A stretch of DNA of 64,000 nucleotides from a virus, in IMG/VR virus record IMGVR_UViG_3300044846_000719, positions 32,657-96,656 of that record. One strand, given 5' to 3'. The stretch's first letter is position 1. Every line of letters starts with the position of its first letter. The translations under genes were made by a program, and so were the position numbers. Shown here one piece after another: positions 19,901-27,851 of this stretch. The notes beneath the pieces were generated by a model. It was given only the letters and a program-made list of their open reading frames with translations. It was not told the origin of the DNA and ran no database searches.

Positions 19901-21978
19901 AGATCTATTCTATCAAGAACTTCTTTTATTTTAACTGATTTGCTTTCTCCAGATAAATTAAAAGCTTGTTTAAATTCTTCATCAGATAACTGACCAAGTT
20001 TCTCAACATAATCTCTTACCTCACCAAGTTTACCAGTTTGGGCTAATGCAATTAGTTTATCACCAGTACTAATATCCTGAGTTACAGCTTCAAACAATGC
20101 CTCATCTTTGGCATCTTGATATTCTAACTTCTCACCTCTTTCAGCAGCTTCTTCCATCTTCTTCTGAATGTTTCTCTGAGATACCATATTGGCATCACTA
20201 TTAGAGAAATCAGCAAATGGATTTGCTAAAGTTGCATTAAGAGTATTTTTTGTTTTAGTAAGTAATTCTTTCTTTTGATTAGCGTATTCAGTATAAGCTG
20301 TTTTATCAGTTAAGTATTGGAAAGTCTTTGGTAATGTCTTATACATAAAGTTACCAAATGGACCGGCTACACCACCCATTAAGAAACCAGATAAGAAAGT
20401 CTCCATACCTTGAGCAGAGAATACTTGTCTATCCATTGCTTCTTTCATAGAAGCATTCATATAGTTCTTATGAATTAAAGAAGGATCTCTAAAGGTATCA
20501 ATGTAATATTTCTTTAAACCATCAGATAATGTTTCCTGTGCTAATTCCTGAAAACCTTCTGAGAAGTTTGCAGTAGTGTATCTGATACCTTTACCTAGTA
20601 CATTCTTTGCAAATTCTTTAGGAGAAACAAATGGTTGAGCTAATGTTTTACCAATTGTCTTCTCAGTATATTGCATGGCGCCTTTAAAGCCACCTTTTGC
20701 AGAAACTTTAATTAAGTCATCAGCAATTGTACCGGCACCCTCTTGCATGACATTCTGCAAAGGTTTGTAACCTTTAAAGATATTATCAAAAGTAATTTTG
20801 TTAGTAAAGTATAATAATGGTAAATTCTTAAACTCTGCTTCAAATCCGGCTTTATTTCCCTGATCTAAAATATCCTGATGCTCTTTACCTTCAGGAAGCA
20901 TAAAATTATTGTTCATTCTGTAATCATCAATGAGTGTATTATACACTTCATCTCTAACCATAGAACCTTCTAACTTACCCTCTGATAAAGCAGCATTAAG
21001 ATTACGTACATCTCTATAGAATGCACCAAAGTACTTAGCTGTCTTAGCTGCATTATCTAATCTATAAATTGCATTAGCTCCAGTATTCAATCCTTTGATT
21101 GCAGTGTATGCTTCAAAAGTATTTTCTAATGGATTAATAAACTTACCGGCAGAAGTAAAAAATGTTCTAGCTGAACCGGCTTGATCTAAACCTTTTAAAA
21201 AGTTTCTAGTAGCTGTAGCCATCTCACCAATTCTAGATACCTTACCTAGATTCTGTGCAGTTCTACCAACAGCAAGAGCTGCCGCACCACCACCAGTACC
21301 AACTGTAAGAGCACCTAATGCTAATTCTTCTAAAGCAATTTCAGATAATAAACCTACTGTATAACCAGAGTTAAGAATTAAGTTGTTTGCAAAACCTAAA
21401 GCACCACCCTTACTAGTCATACCAATCTCAGCAGCTTTACTATACTCTTCACCAGCACTATCAAATAATTTAGTTGGATCACCACTAATTACATCACCAA
21501 GTGATTCAAATGTAGAGGTAAAACCTGTGGTAAATAACTTACCAAACTGACCAAACATCCTGCTGTATTCATCTCCCCATGAAGCATTTTGATTATACAA
21601 TCCTTCATTATCTCTAAATGGAGAGAAACCTAAATCTTTAAACTTAGGGTGATTATAATATCTTTCGTAATTAGTTTGTGATTTACCAAATGCAATTGGA
21701 TTTCTATAACCTGGAAGTTGTGATTCACTAGCTTTTTGACCAGCATCAGTAAGCATACTATTAAAAGAATCCTGATCTGATATTGCTTTATTTACATGAA
21801 CACCATTATAATAAGATGTTGATGGTCCTCCTATTGAGGATAAATCAGCTGGTATTAAATTATTAATTACTGTTCCCGCCATTCCCCAATCTACTGGAGA
21901 GCTCATGGCGTCTAAAGGATTAGTTGCACCCATTAGAGAAGAATCGTCTCTTCCTAAAAAATCTAAATTTTCAGACAT
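7915..21978 (-). CDS. Virion-packaged RNA polymerase (two-barrel, crAss/phi14:2 gp66-like) fused to a zincin domain and an N-terminal ejection-type region
   Basis: 4687 aa; catalytic ISGADFDIDKLY (~11230-11255) preceded by RTPSQDKHS; HEAFH...EEYLAD (~15700); Gly/Ala-rich hydrophobic N-terminal segments. Confidence 0.92.
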   Translation of the reverse strand: MSENLDFLGRDDSSLMGATNPLDAMSSPVDWGMAGTVINNLIPADLSSIGGPSTSYYNGVHVNKAISDQDSFNSMLTDAGQKASESQLPGYRNPIAFGKSQTNYERYYNHPKFKDLGFSPFRDNEGLYNQNASWGDEYSRMFGQFGKLFTTGFTSTFESLGDVISGDPTKLFDSAGEEYSKAAEIGMTSKGGALGFANNLILNSGYTVGLLSEIALEELALGALTVGTGGGAAALAVGRTAQNLGKVSRIGEMATATRNFLKGLDQAGSARTFFTSAGKFINPLENTFEAYTAIKGLNTGANAIYRLDNAAKTAKYFGAFYRDVRNLNAALSEGKLEGSMVRDEVYNTLIDDYRMNNNFMLPEGKEHQDILDQGNKAGFEAEFKNLPLLYFTNKITFDNIFKGYKPLQNVMQEGAGTIADDLIKVSAKGGFKGAMQYTEKTIGKTLAQPFVSPKEFAKNVLGKGIRYTTANFSEGFQELAQETLSDGLKKYYIDTFRDPSLIHKNYMNASMKEAMDRQVFSAQGMETFLSGFLMGGVAGPFGNFMYKTLPKTFQYLTDKTAYTEYANQKKELLTKTKNTLNATLANPFADFSNSDANMVSQRNIQKKMEEAAERGEKLEYQDAKDEALFEAVTQDISTGDKLIALAQTGKLGEVRDYVEKLGQLSDEEFKQAFNLSGESKSVKIKEVLDRIDLLSESNEILNDKYGANPFKPELYKAGSTERRNEEINFRAWENSKRMVMYHMFTNTRAIERRNTLLETAKASGALKNMAASDFDILFSDNSLNRELDILDIELSQVGEITDLALKKDMDNKAKKRELLKSFKEQYDLNLKKDGTYDKRKVSNLYKKYVNYIKFANEKDGNPAYIQDTVLENTFDQLFDYKVLDLRSQLLEQSINYLLDPVRFKELTERTSKVLTEAFEQRKKDVTSSDVYEKHIEMLEKNNVLATLQGMGVLVDPDQGVEFAKTGKIPTTFYHDSVIGAVKPTDEIYRDIMVVFEAYKQIKEAEEKRAKTEKTAKSNDFGTDTTEDEEDPGSEDIEDVSEFTQTVVRRAYDDYLKSLREVEVPISFEEFVVTKKGAGIINAITTLEAAYDAITDEAKPEFTEWLRANARTPLVYDTLNKNNVTFSDIFIQQRDENQYNKDVLQEGESIVSAGYNGVFITKINGIVNGVKTEVYFVKTNDGELAINNTDRPIEFSKLEADAFFNLEDAQIAQKAIGDYLAKNKKQFVFDNTPLVNGQIISDNKNNEYIVLSYPAEIAAGSNLKLKNVKTGAILPIPSFAGFKLERAPIEKKQYTSRLDDINTLNRAWGKRIGDESQKDATARLSNLLRDTPIEQLQEGLSIRFTNLNKSPQRYDYIRLPDQKENQSAGFFTDSYAIALVLNGEEIGYLPNPTSFQFLDTQGNPISIDRINADRVKQAFYLKDGKYPQAVTKIKGDYRNKIALLNYLKSKLGKNTSVEIPYEDLKKVAKINVGFGSYDLLYNTEARPKFSELSSNTINGAIYVINKENKYNKGSIITIPGSPISDIDIDILESTEKEIDAVRYNDAGVDGLLKYGRYVAVVKLPNGKIRFVELTTPVLSNEDLNTFVSDIKARIELTKKENVNAEEKIEAEEYNDIWNKENINNKLFIALPLKERGKFLNLYVSPSGSLVIDFINKNNGFNTKKFIDNPEFNTFSELLTLINSSIKEYDAEQKAENTKMNLVLTGRSFKAALPKTINTLQVLDMEASVGPNVVKNVSVYVTMLESASDVQADPLLVKVSNEDRSSTDVDINNLDLSNAPAGSAFNPDLLRGVAPVNPSVVSAQPTDARADIEKTEYGTISGSRPLSEIAGEDAKYYNLGNNIFAVVFDNDKIAAVVDKNYEVNGKYIAEKAFGKDGKFTPPNEKNVELTAKANNQDAALRIERLNNATKKLNELAATTQLSTKPIQVSSADALTRVLAAQQSIPQQIKQLQAQVDTKTDEVNDRLRAEKLAEKGELTTADKKEIRIQAENSPEVLAIKGQIEVLSKGMGLKVVAAGYTESDITNLTEFLTWAQNNLPDFVTVEDLNTLKTNLYNGGKTVGAFVSSLSNVAGNVEVNGTIYTSASSPFKYHEAFHAVFRLLLSDAQISRYLTIAKKELRDQLRKEGKSFSLAKEEMRLLNPLYAAMSESALEERMYEEYLADKFEEWKINKKTETNYVNKGLFARIVEWIKKVFSRFGKNELNSLFDNIDAGKYRNSKVVTNRFTDSPFDISEPVLKAIKIGTDIIEDSTFAAEGEVNYIKVDKYLPEQEGTRLSATVAAIYNNKLKDATKETNTDELLDSVLDIYEELYNPNLDQYVDLDTATLNKLKEYKLIFSKIENRNILKESVREHLAILGIKETNEANEDEERKLLLGDKAAFNYTEGAASVGGFGSLSMFLRSWISTITYQAADEFGNKQFLDGTPYVQSVDGSTVYNGILQAIAGTEDTEEILLKLNLYKDRNFESGKVIEEFFIQTGVTFDEDGNVNLENVKNSYLFQSFIKGFGQHAVDYLFINKDTKKQITNIISANRKDSGKVQFDQWSQAYSNVYESKLTPELKKKATTVLKNLRNAMEPTKKYTDDKLVNITNKLSVDLMEVLGISLSGMYLSYSIVNMIDTSKLTPQQLTLFNLYSGVKPIDREDIDKIKNLIETEENPFINLEYDTEVDTETGDIVKETEILSGGATTRLYNIAKANTVFDESVYATSWKNAENKLVYVHQLPSYHLVKMNEIKKAGAIDKLLEDQFLRDNFLLNNPNFKDILNLINVKRIDGQKVSSLIETGEGDIIENKELEVNRREGSTYGSYTPEEFITTLIDLYSAGEIREVNKKKFADSFHLIRVLEASNTGNIVNLPIVKAVKKVNDNNIITDEAKNAILSFVEQEYNRIRRVATEETDEEIYDYNTGKMRGLTLFKTDKLLTEDFKNDLEEQAKKNLPLTDSQKNQIKAEAINTLLKEVDAIIELLKLENVIKVNDENKITDSAISGFLTKGFKIIKKEADSKKSKTLKKVKDDVKNSLYNIKDNDYRYNLIQIYLNDFINTTAINQLMHGDHALSFKDTVDEIKRARGSNATGSNISSAIKDEKLGIMHAFKTAHVVTIADPKFTANFAGGKKDKADAQMWMTVKALRYTSHGLGKLSPILNELLNKIEKGEAVTGDFFFGNAKTKGAISFNAVTNSIKLVYFDGQTYIKTSGVVLTKELTSYGKNFQYALPGKEELHSLRNTLEAYEKDRETVSLAIPVSASKGKKVNVANDVYSITDRNFIETDTKYWRLQLENPSNKIIITDTTQIKTIITTEQKDDTPVDFMGTEITVGDLKEIYKKASINRVKVNYIGKRNAIFTLDTGFDEVRKSIAAGSVTPKLAAFQRYAIETLKSSAGDAQMIEFFELDEQGEPKYDLNSPITIDKFVELFLSYFSKGVLSEKIPGHSVALMSDFGMKQLKKVLELDENGQPKRWEIVRVEEFKTNPSKYGTPKTQADLENRTYNDLQVGDYYVDDLRHNVPEYDENGKITGYFTEFIMPAHFKELLSFIKPGDKIPDAIAKMFGVRTPSQDKHSAVALKLVDFMPVYYGSTAIFPQELIEISGADFDIDKLYIAIQEWLVENGEFKAYGSGTTKTEKFNQFVKYQFSKNKEFRKTYNDYYQAFQKEANEFKDYAVDYLDELDIIDENATTLDLDKKEIIEATLKALNLPADVDEYNTKVEKLGYEPYQGALNNTIVNARIALLNNTDMVTAEEGKIPKAFQVATVQPLKDIVKSFTERFPELRDQLEEGRYNVDTLLGKYYGFRNNKEGSRNIGAAVNALLVYTVVNPYKIKIRKTNSYTDETGEKIDLTNLRFKLNGKEFDTYGETQAYNPETGQYDGERIMFILSALVSAMTDNAKERLAAKLGLNIDSLGIVANMIAQGVSLDDSILFINQPIIHEFYKRLRTNKSSYAKDSERIKGKTAIIKELMDEYKVTEVPSNITTADLEEGIRRNIAAVQIAVLNNFKVLIGQSDAMMSLSSILKLNKGLPNKDLTEFDEIYNKAVDLGLEMNDKEFEVSSIPFDVRALLRNSDNTFGFNFTVYREIKSLMGSVMLNRTPVVNRLRDIVIANTDVNFRDRKNFKNTLDKNLISFFAIKAYVNILKKGGYNRALASLNNGMIYDQTASTLPENMDNVTDVVKKLRELSPNNYFVNKFLFAITAGNRANKDAINKVEFNNWTKLSKLQVNKIQYSFMELYTNELTRPYAIDLFHYLLVKDGGQFKSGSFIRIMPNFMFEMILNSSASAVTALKGQADDRLVVKTFGVNLNELYNEFVRGFLQSSSVTFFTKNIRSKISKNDQLNELKKDLNIASGVELKSPMVIANDKLEVNVFKNTEFEKEMIPLGDVSNYKGDEMIVDSKGNYQIVQPMISLPGPSKLTEEGKKLYRYNLKYLKALGFILANKDEKTQIGFPLVIKIVEFSDKSKLITYYKLTTVKRDRVDNKENLADLIQPGDVYAFGVSAEYEKFISTGSKKQFASGFVIPGNLPTSTQLFANRKNKDVFNNPGAMPDTNIDKLIDDQAANIDKQLGNIDLSNAPANINSTLASNGIQAKTVGKKIVYEKDGKPYETDAKSPAELAKTLTPKAQEPEIGDVEAMLANVPAAAFNPAIGAMFKARTDYPVLSEFFMELTDEQKDKIKQDLNITSLVNFVDQYKDYVKTNGGDQNSFVEQIKKCYL

Positions 21979-21999
21979 TTGTTAAATAAGTTTTTAAAG

Positions 22000-24738
22000 T
22001 TAACGTAATATATTTGGATCTCTTATACCTTTTGCCGCAACAGTTGCTTTTTTCTGTCTAGCATTCTTCTCCGCATATCCATTTAATATTTTGTTCAAGT
22101 TGTTATAATATGTAGTGTATCCACCATCAGCTGCTGGCATAATAGGATCTTGGTTAACAGAGATACTCTCCGTTAAATTACCTAAATTATCTACACTATA
22201 TGCAAATCCAGAAGATACTAATGCTCCACCAGGTAATTCAGTAAGTTTTATATTACCACCGTAAGGAACATTTAAATCAATAGATTTAGTAGGGCTGGCA
22301 TTAATCCTTACTTTAATAGGATCAATTGATGTAGCCATACCACGTTGAATATTCATATCATTTTCTGTAGGAATTTGAATAGTAATCTTACCACCGGCAG
22401 CCTGAATATTTTTATATTCCTCGCTTTTTTCATCTAATCTCTCTAAAGCACTCTTAGGTACTGTAATAGTATATGAAGAAATATTAGGATTACCAGCAGT
22501 AGCTCTTTGATATTGTACATCAGTTACATAACGATTCTCACCTTTTCTATCAGTATTAGCACTTAAGAATGTATTTTCAATTAAACCTTTAATTTCTCCA
22601 GAAGGACTTTCTCCAATCTCTGTAGCACCTTTACCATAAGATACTGTAATACCTGCAGGATTTCTATAATAACTATTAACCAATGATTGTAACTGACCAG
22701 TTGCTATTGGATTATTAACCGAAGGATCATATGTAATAGTAGTGGCTCCAACGTTCATTAATCCGGTACCCATACCAACTTGTCCAGAACCATATAAATC
22801 ATTGTAGACACTATATACAGATCCTTTTTTGCTACCGTAATATTGACCTAATTCTTTTTTGATATTAGCATACTCACGTTTAGCATCATTCTCTAATATT
22901 TCATTAATGGGTTTAGCATAACTGTCATTATAGGTATTAGTACCCATACCAAATGAACTTCCACCATATACAATACCTCTATCACTACTATTTAAAGTGG
23001 CTTTTCTTTTAGCTACATAGTCAGCAACATATTGATCTTCAGTTGCAATCTTACCATCCTTAACAAAACCATCAAGATTAACAAAAGATCCTTTAGCACT
23101 CTTAAACTGATCAGTACCTTTCCAGTTATTAAATGTATTTAATAGATCTGAATTAAATTTACTTTCTACTTGATTAATAGCACCAACTGTTTGAGTAATA
23201 TTCTGCCACTCATTCATAAATCTTGGATCTCTACTTAAAGCACCAGCTCTAATTTTTTCATCAAACTTGCCATACATGCTTGCAATCTTACTAGCATTTG
23301 CAGGATCCTGAGCTTTTGCAGCTAATTCAGCAGGACTAATTTGTTTACCATCCCACTCAATTGGCATATTACCAGATTTAGCAGAAGCTAACCCAATTAA
23401 CTGAGCCATGTTTTGAGATACTTGTGTTTTAGCAGTAAGCAAATCTTTTTGATTGACATCAATTGCTTCACCTAAATCAATATCACCACCAGCTGCTGTA
23501 GGTATAGTAATTAAACCTTCTTGTGACATTGGTGCTTGATCTAACTCTTTTTTATATCTCTCTAATTCTTTAGCATGTTCATGTCTGATATTCTCCATAG
23601 CAATTGGATTAATTTCATAATCAACATCCATTTTAATTTGAGAACCTGTAACTGCAGCATTTCTAAAATCCTTATCCATAAGAATTTTTGTCTTAAGCAT
23701 TCTAGCTTTAGCTACATAATCACTCTCGGCATTTATTTGCTCATTATCAAAATCAACATTTCTTTTTGCTGTATGTAATAATTCTTTCTCTCTAAGATTA
23801 GCAATATAACGTTTGTGATCATCAGAACCGGGTACAATACCCTCATTCTTAATCATCTCTTCAGTAGACAAAACAACACCGCTTATAGTGCTATAGTCAT
23901 CATTAAGTTTTTGATTATACTTCTGCCATTCTTTAGGCAATGTTTTCATTATCTCATCTGCATAAACTGCTGCAGCTTGTTCTTTAGTTCCATAAAGCGG
24001 AGTATTCTTTTCTATGAAATTATTATAATCTACATATGCCTCTGTGTTATATATTTCTTTTATCTGAGGATCATTGCCCATAATAGAAGATAAATACTGA
24101 TACATAGGAGTTATTGCAGCTGCACCATTTTGATACTTAACTATCCAGTTGCCTTCAAAAGAAGTTTTCTTGATATCAAATCCAGCGTCCTTTAAATACT
24201 TTTGAGCTACATCATGCACATTAACAAATGGTACATATCTAGCAGCACCCATATTTAATGCTTGTTCATCTGATGCTTCAGCAAAAGCTTTTCTTTGATA
24301 CTCTAAAGCTTTAACACCGGTATCCCAATATTTACCACGTAGTTCTTTATCTTCTGAATCTCTATATGATTGAGCATTACCTAATTGATTATTAAACTGC
24401 TTTGTCCAAACCATATCTTTAACCATATTTTTATCTTCATAAAATGGTTTAAATACAGCTGCAGCAATATCTACATTCTGTGGTAATGATAAATCTGTAG
24501 AGGATATTTTTTTAATATTGTTCTCTGCAGCTTTAAAAAATTCGGCACGTCTCTCTTCATTAGAACCTCTAGTTAATGGAGAATTCAGAACGCTACTATA
24601 TATACTATTGATTTGATTAAACGCATTGTCATAAGCATTCTGCTTATACTGCAATGAGTTCATCAAAAAACTATAATCTGGTTGAAAAGGTGTAATCTCC
24701 GGAATCCTATCCGTAACACCTTGTATATAGGTTGCCAT
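22000..24738 (-). CDS. Putative virion cargo/ejection protein
   Basis: 912 aa, helical N-terminus MATYIQGVTD...; lies directly upstream of the vRNAP, as for crAss cargo genes. Confidence 0.6.
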   Translation of the reverse strand: MATYIQGVTDRIPEITPFQPDYSFLMNSLQYKQNAYDNAFNQINSIYSSVLNSPLTRGSNEERRAEFFKAAENNIKKISSTDLSLPQNVDIAAAVFKPFYEDKNMVKDMVWTKQFNNQLGNAQSYRDSEDKELRGKYWDTGVKALEYQRKAFAEASDEQALNMGAARYVPFVNVHDVAQKYLKDAGFDIKKTSFEGNWIVKYQNGAAAITPMYQYLSSIMGNDPQIKEIYNTEAYVDYNNFIEKNTPLYGTKEQAAAVYADEIMKTLPKEWQKYNQKLNDDYSTISGVVLSTEEMIKNEGIVPGSDDHKRYIANLREKELLHTAKRNVDFDNEQINAESDYVAKARMLKTKILMDKDFRNAAVTGSQIKMDVDYEINPIAMENIRHEHAKELERYKKELDQAPMSQEGLITIPTAAGGDIDLGEAIDVNQKDLLTAKTQVSQNMAQLIGLASAKSGNMPIEWDGKQISPAELAAKAQDPANASKIASMYGKFDEKIRAGALSRDPRFMNEWQNITQTVGAINQVESKFNSDLLNTFNNWKGTDQFKSAKGSFVNLDGFVKDGKIATEDQYVADYVAKRKATLNSSDRGIVYGGSSFGMGTNTYNDSYAKPINEILENDAKREYANIKKELGQYYGSKKGSVYSVYNDLYGSGQVGMGTGLMNVGATTITYDPSVNNPIATGQLQSLVNSYYRNPAGITVSYGKGATEIGESPSGEIKGLIENTFLSANTDRKGENRYVTDVQYQRATAGNPNISSYTITVPKSALERLDEKSEEYKNIQAAGGKITIQIPTENDMNIQRGMATSIDPIKVRINASPTKSIDLNVPYGGNIKLTELPGGALVSSGFAYSVDNLGNLTESISVNQDPIMPAADGGYTTYYNNLNKILNGYAEKNARQKKATVAAKGIRDPNILR

Positions 24739-24742
24739 ACTT

Positions 24743-24767
24743 TACATTACAATATACTACAAATTTA
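24743..24767 (-). promoter_or_regulatory. Promoter region (TAAATTTG followed by TATATTGTAATGTA)
   Basis: Both the host-type -7 element and the recurrent late-type motif occur in the 57-bp gap. Confidence 0.45.
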
Positions 24768-24795
24768 CAGGGTTTATTAAACTTATAAAAGTTAA

Positions 24796-27700
24796 TTAGT
24801 TATCATTTAAACCAAAGAATTTAGCTAGTCTATCAGCATCAACCTCTTTTTTAGATTTGTTACGATTGTTAGCTAATTTCATAGCTACCTCATATTTATC
24901 TTTAGGAGATAATGCTTTAAAGTATGGATCTTCTTTTTCTAAGTCAGAAATAAAACTAGATAATCCAGCTTTACCAGATTGTGTAGATGAACCAGAAAAC
25001 TGTCTTCCGGCAGGATTAAAGTTTAACATACCACCAGTTCTAGGATCAATCATATAATCAGAGACAAGACTATTCATAACTTGTGTTTTAGCTCTATTAG
25101 TAAATGCAGGAACTAAACCACTCTGTACAAGATTAGTGTTGGCTTGATTTACAGAGTTATCATATTGTTGACTAGCAATAGCAAGTCCAGCTAAATAATC
25201 CTGAGTACTTTTTTGATTAGCTAATTTACCCTGATTGGTTATTTGCTTATTAGCTTGTTCAAATTGATTAGCTACACCAACGTTTAAGTTATTATATCTA
25301 GCTTCAATGTTAGCAGCATTAGCTAAACCCCTACCTTGTAGATCTGAGAATCTTGCATTAAATGCTTGTGGTCCAGTAAACTGTGCTAAATTCTGAGCAG
25401 CAATGTTAACCATCTCAGCATTATTAGCTAACTCTCTGTTAGGATCATAATAAGTAGGCTTCATAAGTTCTGGCTCATACTGACTCATTGTAGGATTGTA
25501 CTGATTAATATTTAATCTATTAGCTAATCCTAATCCAGTATTCATAACATCCTGAATATAAAAATCATTACGTTTATATTTTGGAGTAGTATCTATATCT
25601 TCTTGATAATAATTATATCCTCCTTCTTCTGGTTTTGGTTCTGGTTCTTTTCTTAATTTAGCAATCTGTCTATTAGAAGTATTACCAAAAACAGCATCTT
25701 CCTCACTAACATTTAATTTTCCTAAATATGATTTCTCATCTGTAACTCCTTCAGGTGTCCATCTAAATCGTTTTAATTTTGTAGAAATTACAGGATCATT
25801 ACTTATAGAAAGTTTACCAAGAATTTGATATCCTGATTGCCATTTGGCAATTTCTGGTTTATCTAAAGGATTAAGACCTAACTTTTTAATAGCTGCCTCA
25901 TATACAACATTTTCTTTACCAAACTTTTTAACTCTATCCCAGTCTTCACTATTTAAAATATCTTCAGGATAATTTGCTGTAAGAGCATATGCATGACGTT
26001 GGTTTTCAAGATAATTTTTAACAAATTCATCAGAGCTTCCTGTAAATTTATCTTTAGGATGCGCATTGTTATAATCAGTTAGCAATCTTTCTTTAATTAC
26101 TGGATCTTCTAATGTTGTTTTAAGTTGATCATAGTCAGCTGTATAATCACCATATTGTCCTATAAGAAGATCAGCACCAAGAACTGGGTTATAATTTTCA
26201 ATCTCAGATAGAACAGAATATTCTGTTGCACCTGGTGCAGCAACTGGTGCTCTTTGTGCAGGACGAGGTTGATTTATAACAGGAGTTTGTATTCTTTGTT
26301 GAACTGGAGGCATAAACTGATTAAATGCTCCTGACACATTACCTAAGTTAAAACCAGTTTGAGCTTTAGGCATACCACCATACATTGCAGTTTGCATACC
26401 TTCTGATGGATTAACCGGCATCATATCTTGAGGATTAACTCCAATCTTCTGTAAGTAAGGATGTGCAATACTAGGAATACCTTGTGGGAATCCTTTCATC
26501 TCTTCTTGTATAAGAGCTAATTGACCTAACTTAGTTGTATAGTTATCAAGCATTCTTTGAGCAGTTACTTTTTCAATAGTATCAGAGTTAGGATCTGCTA
26601 ATATTTTTCTATATGTAGGATCATTTAAATTAAACTTCTTAGAGACATCAGCAATTACATAACCTTTCTTACTAGGATTTAATCCAAGCATGTCTTGATA
26701 ATCACTATTTTTTATTTTCATGCTCTTTTGTTTTGTAAAAATAAAAGATCCTTCAGGAGCTTGATTACCATCTAATGGTACACCACCTTCAGCATTTGGA
26801 TCTTTACTATGATTAGGTCCATTAATTGTATATAATTGTGGAATACCATCATCACCAGGTCTTACAATTGTTTCACCACCTTCAGCCTCTAATACAGCTG
26901 TAGATCTAGGTGCAGCAGTCATACTTTGATTTACAACAGTTTCTGGTTCACCTTTAGTAGCACCACTAAATATGTTCATCATATATGCTGAGTTACCATA
27001 CAACTGATTAACAGCTTTAGCATTTTGAGTACCACCATATTGAGCTTGTGGCATACTTGTGATTCTTATTTTTCTTTTCATTTCTCCACCCATTTGGGCC
27101 TCTTTAAATTTACTACCAGATACATATTCATTAGGTCTAAAATATGGACCTATACCAGGTGTGTTAATTAAATAATCTCCTTTGTTACCAGAATAGTCCT
27201 CCGGTCTTGGATTGAATAAGTTATCTGCTAGTAATTGATCTGTAAGATTTGCTTGAGCATTTCTATCTTGAATCTTTCTAGCAACAGAACTAAATACATC
27301 TGTAGTAGCTAGTAAAGCAGGACCAATATAAGGATTACCTTTTTGTTGTTGAGGTTTTGTTTTATTACCTGGTATCTGATAATCCCAAGATTGTTGTGCT
27401 GATTTTTTAAAATCACTTGGCATTTCTAATGGTGTACCCATTGGTAATCCTGGAGTTAAATTAGCTTGTCCTTGATAAACATCAGCTGGTAAAAAATTAG
27501 CAAATGATGTACCTCTTATATTAGAAACATTCTCATTTATTTTAGTTCCTGTATTAAAAGATCCTGTAGTATTTGGATCACCCTGATATACATCAGCATA
27601 AAAAGAAGGATTTGTATTTGTTTCAAAACTTGGCATTCCTACATTGAAATTACCAGTAGTGTTTGGATTACCAGCATATACATCTGCAGCAATTGTAGGA

Positions 27701-27846
27701 GAAAAATATGGAAGGTCTTGAAGTGGATTACCAAACATACCTTGATTCTTATACCATATGGCTTTTTGCTCTGGTGTTAAAACGATAGGAGCTTCTTTAC
27801 CCGTTTGAGCTTTTGGTAAACTCTTAACCCTTACTTTTCTTTTCAT
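24796..27846 (-). CDS. Virion cargo protein with di-glycine linkers
   Basis: 1016 aa; EAEGGET and GPNH...EGGVPL motifs typical of crAss-like cargo proteins; KAQTG, AQMGG, AQYGG and AMYGG repeats; Q/N/A-rich C-terminal helices. Confidence 0.6.
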   Translation of the reverse strand: MKRKVRVKSLPKAQTGKEAPIVLTPEQKAIWYKNQGMFGNPLQDLPYFSPTIAADVYAGNPNTTGNFNVGMPSFETNTNPSFYADVYQGDPNTTGSFNTGTKINENVSNIRGTSFANFLPADVYQGQANLTPGLPMGTPLEMPSDFKKSAQQSWDYQIPGNKTKPQQQKGNPYIGPALLATTDVFSSVARKIQDRNAQANLTDQLLADNLFNPRPEDYSGNKGDYLINTPGIGPYFRPNEYVSGSKFKEAQMGGEMKRKIRITSMPQAQYGGTQNAKAVNQLYGNSAYMMNIFSGATKGEPETVVNQSMTAAPRSTAVLEAEGGETIVRPGDDGIPQLYTINGPNHSKDPNAEGGVPLDGNQAPEGSFIFTKQKSMKIKNSDYQDMLGLNPSKKGYVIADVSKKFNLNDPTYRKILADPNSDTIEKVTAQRMLDNYTTKLGQLALIQEEMKGFPQGIPSIAHPYLQKIGVNPQDMMPVNPSEGMQTAMYGGMPKAQTGFNLGNVSGAFNQFMPPVQQRIQTPVINQPRPAQRAPVAAPGATEYSVLSEIENYNPVLGADLLIGQYGDYTADYDQLKTTLEDPVIKERLLTDYNNAHPKDKFTGSSDEFVKNYLENQRHAYALTANYPEDILNSEDWDRVKKFGKENVVYEAAIKKLGLNPLDKPEIAKWQSGYQILGKLSISNDPVISTKLKRFRWTPEGVTDEKSYLGKLNVSEEDAVFGNTSNRQIAKLRKEPEPKPEEGGYNYYQEDIDTTPKYKRNDFYIQDVMNTGLGLANRLNINQYNPTMSQYEPELMKPTYYDPNRELANNAEMVNIAAQNLAQFTGPQAFNARFSDLQGRGLANAANIEARYNNLNVGVANQFEQANKQITNQGKLANQKSTQDYLAGLAIASQQYDNSVNQANTNLVQSGLVPAFTNRAKTQVMNSLVSDYMIDPRTGGMLNFNPAGRQFSGSSTQSGKAGLSSFISDLEKEDPYFKALSPKDKYEVAMKLANNRNKSKKEVDADRLAKFFGLNDN

Positions 27847-27851
27847 GTCAA

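Noticed and set aside
7915-21978. Intein or group I intron in the RNA polymerase
   Set aside because: No C/S...HN-[CST] splice junctions or LAGLIDADG motifs recognised, and the ORF is continuous.
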